Part shown: positions 1 through 18,190 of the stretch, piece by piece
How the letters are laid out: every line of letters begins with the position of its first letter
How positions within the stretch are numbered: the stretch's first letter is position 1
Assembly (NCBI GenBank): GCA_963693365.1
Contig: CAVNZM010000005.1
Location: forward strand, 8,201,679 to 8,265,678
Length of the DNA stretch: 64,000 nt
Direction: 5' to 3'
DNA from: Amoebidium appalachense
Taxonomy: Eukaryota > Protista > Ichthyosporea
Translations under genes and position numbers: made by a program
Notes under the pieces: generated by a model
Told to the model about the DNA's origin: nothing
Databases searched by the model: none
The model's input: only the letters and a program-made list of their open reading frames with translations

Positions 1-359
1 TTACTTGAAGCTTGTGTCACGATATAAGATGAAAATAAAAATCCTAAATACAGAAAGCGGTAAAAATCGTCAAATTTCAGATAATTTGGAACTTGTCAAA
101 TTTTTATGCTTGAAATTTAAGGTTCTTATGCTTGTTTTCATCTTAATACACAAGTTATTTAACTTATTTATCAAGTAGCAAGGAATTTTGTATCTTAATA
201 GGATGATTTCAAATCCTATTACAACTTTTCTATAGATTCGTTTAACAAGGTGATAGTGCCCTATTCGTATCTTAGCTGCTTGTAAATATTTCTTTTGTGC
301 AATACCGAATCTTAATTCTATGTTCGTCGTATCCTAATAATTTGTTTAACTTTACCCAT

Positions 360-850
360 CTGTGGAGGGGGGGCAGGTAATAAAACCGTAAGCGCAGCTA
401 CCTAATTTCGTAGGTGCTGCTAACAGAATTGGAGGCCCAGCTACCTTTTTGTTAGACTTTCTCATTTGGGGGGGGCCGGTAACTAAATCGTAGGTGCAGG
501 CTACCTAATTTGTAGGCGGAGCTACCATTAAATTTAATTTTTATGTTCAGCTAACAGAATTGGAGGCCCAGCTACCTTTCTGTCAAATTTTCTCATTTGG
601 AGGATCTATAACAAAACCGTAGGTGCAGGCTACCTAATCTTGTAGGCGGAGCTGCCGTTCGATTAGATTTTTAGGTTTTGATGTTACTTTCACCCTCCCC
701 CTAATCCATTAATTTGTAGGTACAGTTACCTAATCTTGTAGGTGGAGCTACCGTTCAATTAGATTTTAGGTTTTGATGTTACTTTTCACCCTCCTCCTAA
801 TCCATTAACTTGCAGGTGCTGCTAACAATATTGGAGGTGTACCTACCGTT
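360..850. repeat. Left subterminal array: degenerate ~100-130 bp units built from the quasi-palindrome GTAGGTGCAGGCTACCTA / GTAGGCGGAGCTACC
   Basis: Recurring strings gctaacagaattggaggcccagctacc (x2), gtaggtgcaggctacctaat and ttaggttttgatgttacttt (x2). Confidence 0.85.
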
Positions 851-1439
851 GGTTTATAATTTTCTATGATCAATTTACTAATTTACTCTCTCTGGATACT
901 GCAGAGGGTTTTATAAATTTTTAGGGTCAAATGACTAATTGTCATTATTTCTCTATCCCCCTCCCTAATCTATAAAATATGTCAATATGTGGGTCAGATG
1001 CCAAATCTGAAAATTGTCAATCCCGGAAAACTGTTAAATTTTAAATCTTAGAGGCCCTAAATTTAAATTTCTTAAGTAGTTAAATCTACTAAATAAAAAA
1101 AGTACTATAGTCATAATCCTCTAGAATAGAGGAAAGTATAACTGGAATATCCCATACAAATACTTTATTAGCTTATTGTCTATTGGCAATAGTAAAATAT
1201 TTTTGTTGAATAAGTAATACTATATGCTATAAACTATCTTTGTATCTTTCGATTTCATAATGTTATCTACTTCTTTAATAAGAGTAACAATGATTAACAT
1301 TTGGTTGCAGGAGACCAATCATTGTATAACGTAGTAGTATCCTCAGAGACTATTGTAAAGTTCCTTTAATTAGTAGTATTTTTTATATTCTCCGCCTTTT
1401 GAGATTAGAAAGGTTATTAAAATTTCACATTGGAACGAT

Positions 1440-4400
1440 GTAAAAGTAGTAGGAGTTTATTATGGATGACTACGTATCTTTTGCATAATGGGTACACGTG
1501 TTATATTGTTAGCGAGGTTAATTCGAGAGATGTAGCCGAAAAGTTTTCTTTTAGTTAGCATTATATGACCCGAATGGGAATTGAAACGTATTCAAGTCTA
1601 TATTCGATTGATATCTATTCTAAGGCTTAACCATTTTATATATTAACTACGTTTATAAGCTGTAAGGCTAATTAAATTCCGTCATCTTGCTGTTTTACAC
1701 TACTTTGGTTTTATATTATTTTAACCTATAACTATGGTCTAACAGATTTCACATTGAGCAATAAGGTTATAGTTAAGATAAAAAAATCCTTATCAAAAGA
1801 TAAGGTTTGAACTGGAATTAAGCATTTAAATTAAATATTATGCAATATATTTATTAAATAGGCTTTTAATAATGTTCTTTAGAAGAAAACAAATTTGTTT
1901 TTATAGAGTGATATTCCTTTACTATTGTTACGACTAGGTAACTAATATAAAAGTGTAATTACATAATTCTAAATAAGCTTAGTTATTTCAATGCTTTGAA
2001 GTACCTAACATTTAGGAGGCTAAATTTATTATAAGCATCTAAGATATAGAAGACTAAATTCCAGTACCGAAGCTTTGAACTTAGAGATAATGTGCTCTGA
2101 GGGGGTAGTAGTAAATACAGTAGACATAAGTAAATAAAGTCTGACACATAGAGATCCGATGAAAGATTTGTATTTCTGATTCACTGAAGGTTCTTGATTT
2201 TTCTCGTCCAGATAGACTCCGTAGAGTTTGTCTTTGCTCGAGAAGTTGTAAATAGCTCCTAAAACCCCAACCTGTCCTCTATGGTGGAACTATAATGGTA
2301 ATGTTTTTGTATTTAGAGATTAGTTGGCACTCTAAATTTATAAAGTCTGTTCTTCCGATTTTGACAAGTTGAAATTGTCACTATATAATAGTCGACCTTT
2401 TAAATTTGAAGCCTGCGTTCTATAACGGGATACGTTCATTTAGTATTCGTAATCTTTCATCCGTGGACTGACATTAATGTGTCAAGGGTAGATGGACTGT
2501 TTCCACAAAAACAGGATACAAAGTAATACCCTAGCTTCGTGCTAACGTATATACTGCTTGAGAAAATAGTATTGCATAGGATAAAATAATGCACCTTTAT
2601 CCTTTATGCCTATGTACCTAAATGTGGGATGTTGTCATATGTGACGACTTTGCACCTAAATGTGGGATGTTGTCATATGTGATGATTTTGTACTTAAATG
2701 TGTGATGTTTGTCATTGTGATTACTACCTACCAAATATTAAAGTGTGACATCGTGACGACCACGTACCTACTGTTTACGTGCGACTTTTGATTATTATGT
2801 ATTAAATGTCTAAGTTCTACTTTAGTATTACTATGTACTAAACTGTTTATATTCGACTCTGTTACTACTAATTGTTTTGTAATTTAGGACATTACTCGTG
2901 TGTTTACAATCATCTACTTTCTTGATGAACTTCCTAAAGTTTTCGGTACCCAACTCTTATATTAAGGCTTAAAGTATATGATCTAATCATTCATCTTTGG
3001 TACTAATTCCAAAAATTTCGAAGGATAAATGGGACCTCACGGATTTAATTCAATATACGATTCAATAGCAACGAGTATACGGTAGTTCATCAAGGACTAG
3101 TTCTCTTGTTTAAGGCGTACTCTAATGTATTTAAGTATGTTTTCACGTTGGCACTTCTAACTTTAAGGCCTGTTTTTATGCATATCTGGTTAACTTGTAA
3201 AATTTCTATACACACGGAATTTATGTGCAAGGAATTCTGCTCTTCAAGTTTAATGTTTTATTATCTTCCGATACTATCTGCTTATGTTTTATTCCTAAAA
3301 ATAAAATATAGTCTGGCTTTCTGCGAGACTAATAAGATTAATCAATTTCTATATTTAATAGAGATATTCTAATAAATTCATAGAGGTACCTAGTTTAGAT
3401 CTTTCACTCATATACTTAATCTAGTTCATTGGGTGTTCGGAGATTTAATTGATGATATTCCGAATTTATACTTTTTGATTGTTGACTTAAGGTGATTAGG
3501 GTTTTGATGAACGTTACTGGAGAGAATAAGAGTATTGAAATTTTTGACGATTACAAAATAGCGTTAACCAAATTATGAAAGAGAACCTAGTTAGGGAGGG
3601 GTGTTAATTAACAATTCTGATTGAATTAAAGTCTATATTCTAAGCTTAAGAGCCGTAGGAGTTTAATAATGATAACTACGTACCTCTTTCCTACAGGGCC
3701 TATAAATACATAGTGTTAGCGAGGTTAATTCAAGAGATATAACCGCAGCGATAGCAATTTATAGTTAGCATTATACTATCCGAAACGTAAGTCTTAATCC
3801 TTATTCCAGTTGATACTTGATTATTATTGATTTAAGGTTGTCTTCATTAGCTTACTTAAGCTAATAAATTTTCGTTAATCGCTGGTTTCCTGCCATATTT
3901 ACTTAATTTCTACGGTTCACTAATCCTCCTCGATTATCTTCTATGGTGACTAAACTTTAATTGTACACCATAATATTATAGTTAATTTAGAAAGAGTCCT
4001 AATCCATAGCTAAGGTCTCAAAGTAAATTTAGTGTTAAATTCTGTTTAAATGCCGAGATAACAAGTAAGTAAGTTTGTAAACAGTCATCTTTTTAAGATA
4101 ACGTTATAGTTCACTTATTTAATCGTGCAATAACCTAATTCTAAACAAGCTTAGTATTTGCCAACGCATCTAAGCACCTCAGATTAAGCAGGCTTAATTC
4201 CATCCCAAAGCTTTGTACTTCGAGATTATGTACTTTTAGTGGTAGCGGAAAATTTTAAGTATTCTTAAAGCCAGTAGACATGAGTAAACCAATATCCGTT
4301 ATTTAAAAGTCTGATATGTTAATATCTGATGTAAGATCTGTAATACTGACTTGCCGAAAATTCTAGGTGTCCTTTCCAAACAGGTCCCGAGTGCCACTTT

Positions 4401-5580
4401 GTTATTTTTTGGCCTCTCCCCGAGGTCCTATAATTCAAAGTGCTACTAATCCATAAATAAAAGCGTAAACTCTATCTTAGGTCTAACCTAGATTGATAAA
4501 ATATTCACAATGGCATTTAGGGTATCCTTACTTTAATGTCAATCAAATCCTAACCGCTTTAGAGTATCCCTACTCTAATATCTAGGGTTTCGTTTTCTTT
4601 AATCCATCCTAATATATTGACTGTACTTAAAACCGATACTTTTAATTTCAAGAGTAAAATAGTTTTCTCGCTAAGAGAATAGTTTACTTTAAAAAAAATA
4701 AAAAGTTACAGTTCTTTTCATGACGGTAAAAGCTTGTTTAGTATTCGCACTCTGGCTTCTCGTAGACAGACTTTTAATGCGTTAAGATTTAAAGGGAAGG
4801 TTCTCATAGTAACTTAGTACAATTAATGCCATAACTTTTAGGTATGGTATGTGTCGCTTGATAAAGTTTTATCATATAAGCACCCAAACCCTGGTAAATA
4901 CCGTTGGTTTAATTTTCTTCCGTTCAAAAGATCTGTATTGCTTGAGAAAGTATTATCGCAGAGTAAGGTAGAGTATAACTTTATCATAGTGACTACTATG
5001 TCCCAAAGATGTCAAATTACTAGGATTTAGTTTATTATAAGCTTAATTATTGCTAACATAAATATTAAGAATATTTAATAGGCTAATCCTAGCATCTAAG
5101 ATTCTTATTCTGATATGTTATGCTATGAATGGTAGCGTAAAATTTTTAATATTTTAATTTCCTTAAACATGAGTAGACAAATGCCACTGGATTTAAAAGC
5201 TTTATACGTTGCGATTCTATAGAATCTGTGACTCTCACTTGCCTAAAGTCTTAATTTTTCTGTGCTCTTATATATTGCGCATAATATGAACCTTTTTGTC
5301 AAAAAACTGGCTCTTTTAATTTTAAGTGCCACCTCGGAGTTCCGTCCATATACTAGAATTATTTCCTGAATACGAAACCATTGTTATTAGAATAGTGATA
5401 CCCTAAATACCATCGCGATCCTTTTGTCATTCAAGTATATCCTTATATTAAGAGCTATTGCACTCTGTGCAATTAATCTGAACACAGAAATTCTAGGACT
5501 TTCGACGAGTCAGTAATACAGATCTTTCATTAGATCTCAATGTATCAAAATTTCAATCTACAGACGTTGAGATAACTAAA
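1440..5580 (-). pseudogene. Two longer and two partial decayed paralogous copies of an unidentified ORF; one partial copy is inverted
   Basis: 1440-2640 aligns with 3650-5010 (e.g. tgttagcgaggttaattc, ttctaaa.aagcttagt, tgcttgagaaa). Some blocks differ at synonymous positions on the minus strand (GYIS[R/TGA]INLAN; KRYVVI). A motif like RQVSITDLTSDINISDF recurs at ~2150, ~4320, ~5220 and, inverted, at ~5520. Many stops and frameshifts. Confidence 0.45.
2610..2725. repeat. Tandem repeat, ~38 bp x3 (acctaaatgtgggatgttgtcatatgtgacgactttgc)
   Basis: Direct tandem copies visible. Confidence 0.85.
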
Positions 5581-6559
5581 CCTCCAAATGGACTTTTAAT
5601 CTTAATAAGGATAAATAACAGTAGATAATATCGTATACAATTAGACTACCTCGTCAAACGATTCTATATAATAGTGAAACAAATTGTTTAACGGGTAGTC
5701 TCTGAGAATACATTTTATATCTATCCTTTCTGTGGTAGTATTAAATATAAATTAGTTTCCTGCGGATGGCTCAATCCCTACCTTGAAATTTATTTCAATA
5801 AGGCAGGATCATTATTTGGTCCTACCAACTAAGTTTTACTACCAGACCTTAATTAACGGTCGAGTCTCGAGAGCTTTAAGAAAATCTCCGCATATAGCTG
5901 AGTTTAACATATTCCTAGTTGAGGGATTTAGCTAGTTTAGTATACTTATGAATAGGACTAATAATCTAAAGAAGCTTACGCTCATACTTAAGAACGAACT
6001 ATCTGATAAATACAATTCTATAAGATAGTGAAACGTATTGTTTCGCATGTAGTTTCTGAGGAGCCTACTAATAGATGTTTAATCTACATGGGTCTCCTGT
6101 GGATTACCCGGCTCTTGTCAACTCCTCCTAACCTTACGCAGACAAGGCTATGGCCCTTTCAATATTTAGGAGCCTGTGTTCATGAAACTTGATTGGTCCT
6201 TTTCCTTACGCTTAAAAAAATTAGCGACCCTTAAAGGAGTAAAGAGCTAGTTCTCCTAACCTTACGCTTACTAGGCAAAGGCCCTTAAAAGATCAAAGAG
6301 CCTGCATACCTCGTTAACTTTAGGCCCTTTTAAATTAAAGAATCCGTTCTTTAGACTCCGACTGGTGGGCCAAAATTGACCGGATCAAATAGGTGGGTGG
6401 CCATTTTAGGAATCAAAGAGTTGGCAGCCCTTATCCGGCAGAAGGACGGCACTATAAAGAATAGATAGCTAGTCGTATCATTAATAATCATGCCATCTAG
6501 TTATTCTTATCGCTATGTCATCTAATTATTCTTGTTACTCGATCCTCAGGTTATATTCA

Positions 6560-7575
6560 CCATTTCTCATGCAGAACTCAGCATCTTACTACCTTTCATG
6601 CATAATTCAGCACCCATAACCTCTCATGCGTTCCTCTGCTTCTCACTACTGAACGTCGTAATACCTTTCATGCATGATTAAGCACCCATAACCTCTCATA
6701 CATTACTCTGCATCTAATTACTCCGCATCTCATTACCTTCCATGGAATACTCCGCATCCACCTTTCATGCATGACTAAGCACCCATTACCTTTAATAGAA
6801 AACTCCGCATCCATCTTTCATGCATGACTAAGCACCCATTATCTTTCATGCAGAACTCAGCACCCCATTACCTTTCATGCATGAATCAGCACCCATTATC
6901 TTTTAGATAGGACTCCAGATCTCACTATCTCTCCTGAATTACTGCACATCTTACTACTCCACATCTCATTACCTTTCATGCATTACCTATCATAGATTAC
7001 TCTACATTACAATATTTCACAGACTAGTACCTATCATGCATGAATCAGCACCCATTACCTTTCATGCATTACCTATCATAGATTACTCTACATTACAATA
7101 CTTCACAGACTAGTACCTATCATGCATGAATCAGCACCCATTACCTTTCATACATGACTCCGCATTTCTCGGGTATTACTATACATTACACTACTCCAAA
7201 TCTAACTACCTCTCCTGCATTACTATACATCTCACTACCTTTCATGCATGACTTCGCATCACACTACTCAAAATCTAGCTACCTCTCCTGCATTACTATA
7301 CATCACACTACTCCGCATCTCTCTGACATTACCATGTATCTCACTACTCTACTTTCCAATACTCCGCATCTCTTAGGCATTACTATACATCTAACTACCT
7401 CTCCTGCATTACTATACATCTCACTACCTTTCATGTATGACTCTGCATCACACTACTCAAAATCTAGCTACCTCTCCTGCATTACTATACATCTAACTAC
7501 CTCTCCTGCATTATTCACCATCACTCGGGCATTACTATACATCTAACTACCTCTCCTGCATTATTCAGCATCTCA
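6560..7575. repeat. Right subterminal G-poor minisatellite (~28 bp unit, CATTACCTTTCATGCATGACTCAGCACC-like) with higher-order ~86 bp and ~189 bp duplications
   Basis: cattacctatcatagattactctacattacaata at 6981 and 7067; tctaactacctctcctgcattactatacatctcactacc at 7201 and 7390. Confidence 0.9.
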
Positions 7576-7576
7576 C

Positions 7577-7800
7577 TCTTTTCTGTATTTATGATTTTAA
7601 AATAATTTACCCCTATTTTACCTTATAACTCTGTTAATAACAATTTAAGAATCTTATTGATGCCATAAATTTAAATCCCTGATCTGCTAAAACTATGATT
7701 ACCAGAATCATCACTCATGTATCCTGAATTTAAAACTAATTACCCTTATTTTACCTTATAAGTCGGTTAATAACAATTTAAGAATCTTAAACCTAATTCT
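7577..7800. repeat. ~133 bp direct duplication next to the right TIR, containing TIR-related motifs
   Basis: tattttaccttataa...gttaataacaatttaagaatctta at ~7614 and ~7747; tttctgtatttatgatt at ~7580 resembles the TIR core tttctgtatttaggatt. Confidence 0.8.
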
Positions 7801-8236
7801 AATCTGTTAAAACTCCAATTTTCCAGATCGTCACTCCCGAAATTTGATAATTTACCACTTTCTGTATTTAGGATTGGAATGATCATCTTATATCGTGAGC
7901 ACGACCTTCCGCCAGCGCGAATACTTCGCAGAAGAGCTCGATTTCCATCTCGCATCATATGCTTGGGGCCAGGCACACTTTTGAATCTCACTGCTCTCCC
8001 TGCATATATTACAGCTAGCCTCTATTGTAGTCGGTTAGGCCTATATTCTACCTTGGCCACGGCTTGGCAAGCTTGCACTTGTGCCACGCATGCACGTGTA
8101 AACGTTACAAGGGGCAGGGTCGTAACGGCACGTTGCAACACGGAAGCATCTGATTGGCCTAGCCGTCATCCATTCAAAAAAGGGCGCCTTTTCCCACCAA
8201 TCAGCGCTGGCTGGTCACATTTATCAGTGCTTCAAA

Positions 8237-9241
8237 CAGGGTTCGAAGGACGGTGGAGCCCATTAACGGAAGTCGAAATCCCGTTTCGGAAAACCACTTC
8301 GAAAATCGGAATGCTCCGTCAAAGCAGGTCCTCCAAAAATCGTAATCGTCGCGCATCAGTAAACTAGGGCATGCTTATTTGTGCCTATATTGCATCAAAA
8401 TGTTATTATAATGCATACTCAAAAACCCCTGTGGTTATTAGAGGCCTTCCTGGTGTTGGCAGTTGACGCTTTGAAGGAATAAAAGGGAAATATGAAGTGC
8501 ATTAATGCACAAATTGAATATATATATACATTTTTTCTACGTATATACGTACGGTCACGTCCTCTTACACATATGTGTGGCAGTGCCAGTGTATATGAGG
8601 ATATATACTATGTGTGCATATGTATCTAGTTCCTGTGTGTGTCACTGTGTCCGTGGCCTTATTTTTTCCCAGTGCACGCATTTTCTTTTATTTGATGAAC
8701 ATGATCATGAATCATGTTACTAGTAGAGGTATTACGCAATTTGTGCCTTCCCCGATTCGGATTGGGTCCCTGAAGGGGGGGGGGGGCGGGGGGAGGGGGG
8801 GGGGGGGGGGGATCACGTTGGGTGGTTGTGTTTGTGTTTGTGTGTGTGTGAATATTTTTCTTTGCAATTGTGTGTGTGTGTGTGGTGGGTATGCATGCAC
8901 GGTGTGTGTGTCTGTGTGTATGCGTACAGGTGTGGGTGTGTGTATTTGTGTCAGCGATAATCGGTGTGTGTGTGTCTATGTTGTGTGCATTTGTGCACAT
9001 GTGCACGTGTGTGTGTGTGTGTGTGTATGTGTGTGTGTGTGTGTGCATGACATTGTGTGCATGTGTGTGTGTGTTTTGTGTCAACGGTTATGGTGTGTGT
9101 GTATGTATGTCCAGTGTACACGTATGTATGTGTGTGTGTGTGCAGTGTGGTGTGTATGTATGCAGGGTGTGTGTGTCTGTGTATGTGTGTGTACATGCCA
9201 GTGTGGGTGTGTGTGTTTGTACCAACGGTTTCTTGACAATG

Positions 9242-9275
<34 letters not shown>

Positions 9276-9325
9276 CCACGGGGTGTGTGTGCGTGCACCG
9301 TGTACATGGTGTGTGTGTGTGGTGT

Positions 9326-9362
<37 letters not shown>

Positions 9363-9684
9363 TGTGTGTGCGTGGGTGGGTGGGTGCATAGCATGTGATT
9401 GTACAGGGTGGATGCATGTGTACGTTTGTAATACAGTTATCATGCATGATCTGAGATAGTATGTGCCTGTGCAAGTGTACTAGCCTAGGTCACATGTGTG
9501 GTGTCACGGCTGTGCATGTATGTGCATGTGTGTCTTTAAACGGAACACAGTGGTGCACAGTGTGTGTATTGCCTGCCATTTAAGACGCGTGCCACTGATC
9601 GTGATACACGTGGCATCTGCACCTGGTGGCCGTCGACTCTGAGCATCTGGATACATTCCATGTTTAGGCCTTCCTGGGGAGGAA

Positions 9685-9723
<39 letters not shown>

Positions 9724-10227
9724 ACTAGTAGGGGGGGGGGGGGGGGGGATCCGCCTGAGGGGGGGGGGGGGGGGGAGGGGGTGAGGCCGAGCGGCGGTGG
9801 GGGGAGAAGGAGGGGCAGCACTGGTGGAGGGAACGGTGGGCAGCGGAGGAGGGGGGAATGGGGTTCGATTTCTGGGGGGGGGAAGTTTTGAAGTGGAGGC
9901 CGGCCTATATATACATGCGAATGCAGGCATATGCATTGTATGTTCATGTGGCCATGCATGGCTATGATGCATATATGGTGTCACGGCTGTGTGTGTGTGA
10001 ATGTTTGTGTGTGTGTCTGTGTGTGTGTGTGCGCGCGCGCGCGCGTGGGTGTGCATAAATGTGTTTGGCGTGACAACATGTACATGTGCTAGGCTGGCGC
10101 TGTAGTCAGGGTCTGCCATTGAACATTCTACAGGGACAGGGAGACACGTACGTACGTGTGCAGCTTGTGTGGGTGGTGTAGGCCCCGTGTGTATGATGAG
10201 ACCTGCGAAGTCATGAGAAGCTTCCCC

Positions 10228-10275
<48 letters not shown>

Positions 10276-10375
10276 GGGGGGGCCTCTCGGGCGGTTCCTA
10301 TTCGGCCGGGACGATTTTCGGAACTGTGTTTTCAAATATCGGAAATTCCGATTTTTTTCGTAACTTCGAACCCTG
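8237..10375. mobile_element. Non-autonomous hAT-type DNA transposon (~2.1 kb) filled with microsatellites
   Basis: 12-bp TIR CAGGGTTCGAAG ... CTTCGAACCCTG; perfect 8-bp TSD GCTTCAAA at 8229-8236 and 10376-10383; subterminal tcggaa/ttccga motifs at both ends; no transposase ORF. Confidence 0.9.
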
Positions 10376-10636
10376 GCTTCAAATATCCGCGAGTCTCAAG
10401 TTTCTTGTTTTGACTTTGTTTCTTTCACCACCCCTTGTGCGTTTAATTATAGTATACCTTGTAGTTGCATAACCGTGGCACTAGCAGTTTTTGGTAGTCC
10501 ACTAAATGAAGTAAGTATCTGGATACTATCTTGCCAGCGTACAGCCGCTACAGTGGCCCCTGTTGCTACCCCCGTAGGCAGACCACAAGCAGATCTTCAG
10601 TCAGCCAGGAAACGGCCCAGCCAGCCACACGCCACT

Positions 10637-16674
<6,038 letters not shown>

Positions 16675-16810
16675 CGGGAACGGTGGATTTAGTCACGGAC
16701 AGGCACGCGTGTGCACGTACAATGCACGTATCGATGGGTGCGTGCTTTTCTCTGCAAGCACATGGCTACGATGATCTGGCATCTGGGCCCAGGGAGGGAG
16801 TTGAGGGTTT

Positions 16811-16877
<67 letters not shown>

Positions 16878-16980
16878 ATTAACATTTAGATTAGTTATTG
16901 GGGGGGGTTTTTTTTTTTTTGGGGGGGGGGGGGGGAGGGAGGAATTAACATTTAGATTAGTTATTGGGGGGGAGGTTTTT

Positions 16981-17030
<50 letters not shown>

Positions 17031-18190
17031 TTTAGATTAAACCCCCAGTGAAGGATGCAAGCCAGCAGAGCCTTGCTGTGATGTAGGGCCCATGAGACAG
17101 TGTGATAAGGCACCAATGCAATGCAATTATATATGGGAGTAAAAAAAAAAATGAGACAACGTGAGTAAGAAAATACGAGACAATGTGAATGTGACCAATG
17201 CACGCAATGAAGGAGCAAAAAAATAACGTGATTGTGGCCAATAAGACAATGCTTGATTCGCCTTGTCGCAAATGTGTGTGTGTGCATGTATTGTCCTTGC
17301 CTCCCTGACTCCAACCTCTGGCTGTGTTGTGTTGGTGTAGCGCTGCGAGTTCGTGTGTGCACGTGCATGCACATAATGTGCACACCGTTGAATATGCGTG
17401 TATGCCCCTGCATGCTGCATGTGCAAATTTGAGCATACGTGCATGTACTGTGTGCACGTGCATCTATTTTGTGTGTATAACACACATGAATGTACACAGT
17501 ATGTGTGGATTTCTGACACGGGAGGGCCGCCGGGTGTGTGTTAGCTTATGAAGTGGGCTGAAACCGGCGCACAGCAGTGTCGCCTTTATATACACCTTGT
17601 GCTCTTCACGATGGAGTACGAATTCAGTGCAAATGTATGCAGCCGGCTCTGGACATGTTTTAAGTGATTTTATCTGTACAAGTGTCGCAAACCTGGCTGT
17701 GGAACCGTGGAATATGTACAATGTGCACAACCAAGGCCAGCTTGGTGGCAGGTGGGGTTTACTTAGTGTTGCCTTTACATCATATGAACTAACACTAACT
17801 TCACTACCGGAGAATCAAAGAAAGAAAGAGGAACCTAGCTATAGACTTCAGAAAGTACTAGTGAACGCGGTTTCAATGCACCGTGTTCCATTCATGCCCG
17901 AATGTAGGCCAATATTGTGATATAGTACAACGTACATGCCGTTCATTCTTCGAATCGTGCAACCCAACCTAACAGCAACTAAAAGTGGCACTGGGTGCTT
18001 ACATACGCGTACGTACGTACGTGTGTATTCATCATAATATGGTACAACAAGTGCCTGTGCTTCACTTCAAATGGCAGCCGGCCCTCGACGTTTTCAGTAG
18101 TGCCCATATGCATGTATTCGGACTCTGAGGTGGGGCAACCAGCATGCATCTACATACAGAGGTCACGGTGTTTTATGCAGCTCCGTGCCA

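Larger units (their letters stand above)
18..7897. mobile_element. AT-rich ~7.9 kb element of unknown class bounded by terminal inverted repeats (candidates: integrated linear replicon/organelle chromosome, or decayed DNA transposon)
   Basis: The left end CACGATATAAGATGA-aaataaa-AATCCTAAATACAGAAAGcGGTAAA matches the reverse complement of the right end, CACGATATAAGATGA-tcattcc-AATCCTAAATACAGAAAGtGGTAAA. Composition changes abruptly at ~7898. The interior lacks the host's microsatellites and long G/C runs. No TSD found. Confidence 0.75.

Noticed and set aside
3106-3372. 88-aa hydrophobic ORF as a mitochondrial membrane gene
   Set aside because: No recognisable cox/nad/atp/cob motif; the composition is explained by AT richness.
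7154-7546. 130-aa repetitive ORF
   Set aside because: It is a by-product of the minisatellite array.
15-7901. LTR retrotransposon (TGTCACG... start)
   Set aside because: The terminal repeats are inverted rather than direct, and I saw no gag/pol remnants, PBS or TSD.
7879-8367. 162-aa ORF
   Set aside because: It crosses the TIR junction and the hAT terminus and has no recognisable motif.
9780-9875. tRNA/SINE-like A box (ggccgagcgg) and B box (ggttcgattt)
   Set aside because: No cloverleaf can be formed and the intervening sequence is G-rich low complexity.
8505-10413. Long Cys/Val, His/Thr, Pro and Gly-rich ORFs here and throughout the track (e.g. 15026-15903, 20323-20932, 30675-31509, 57232-57978, 59189-59732)
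   Set aside because: They are translations of (GT)n, (AG)n and poly-G/C tracts, open in several frames, and lie in introns or transposons.
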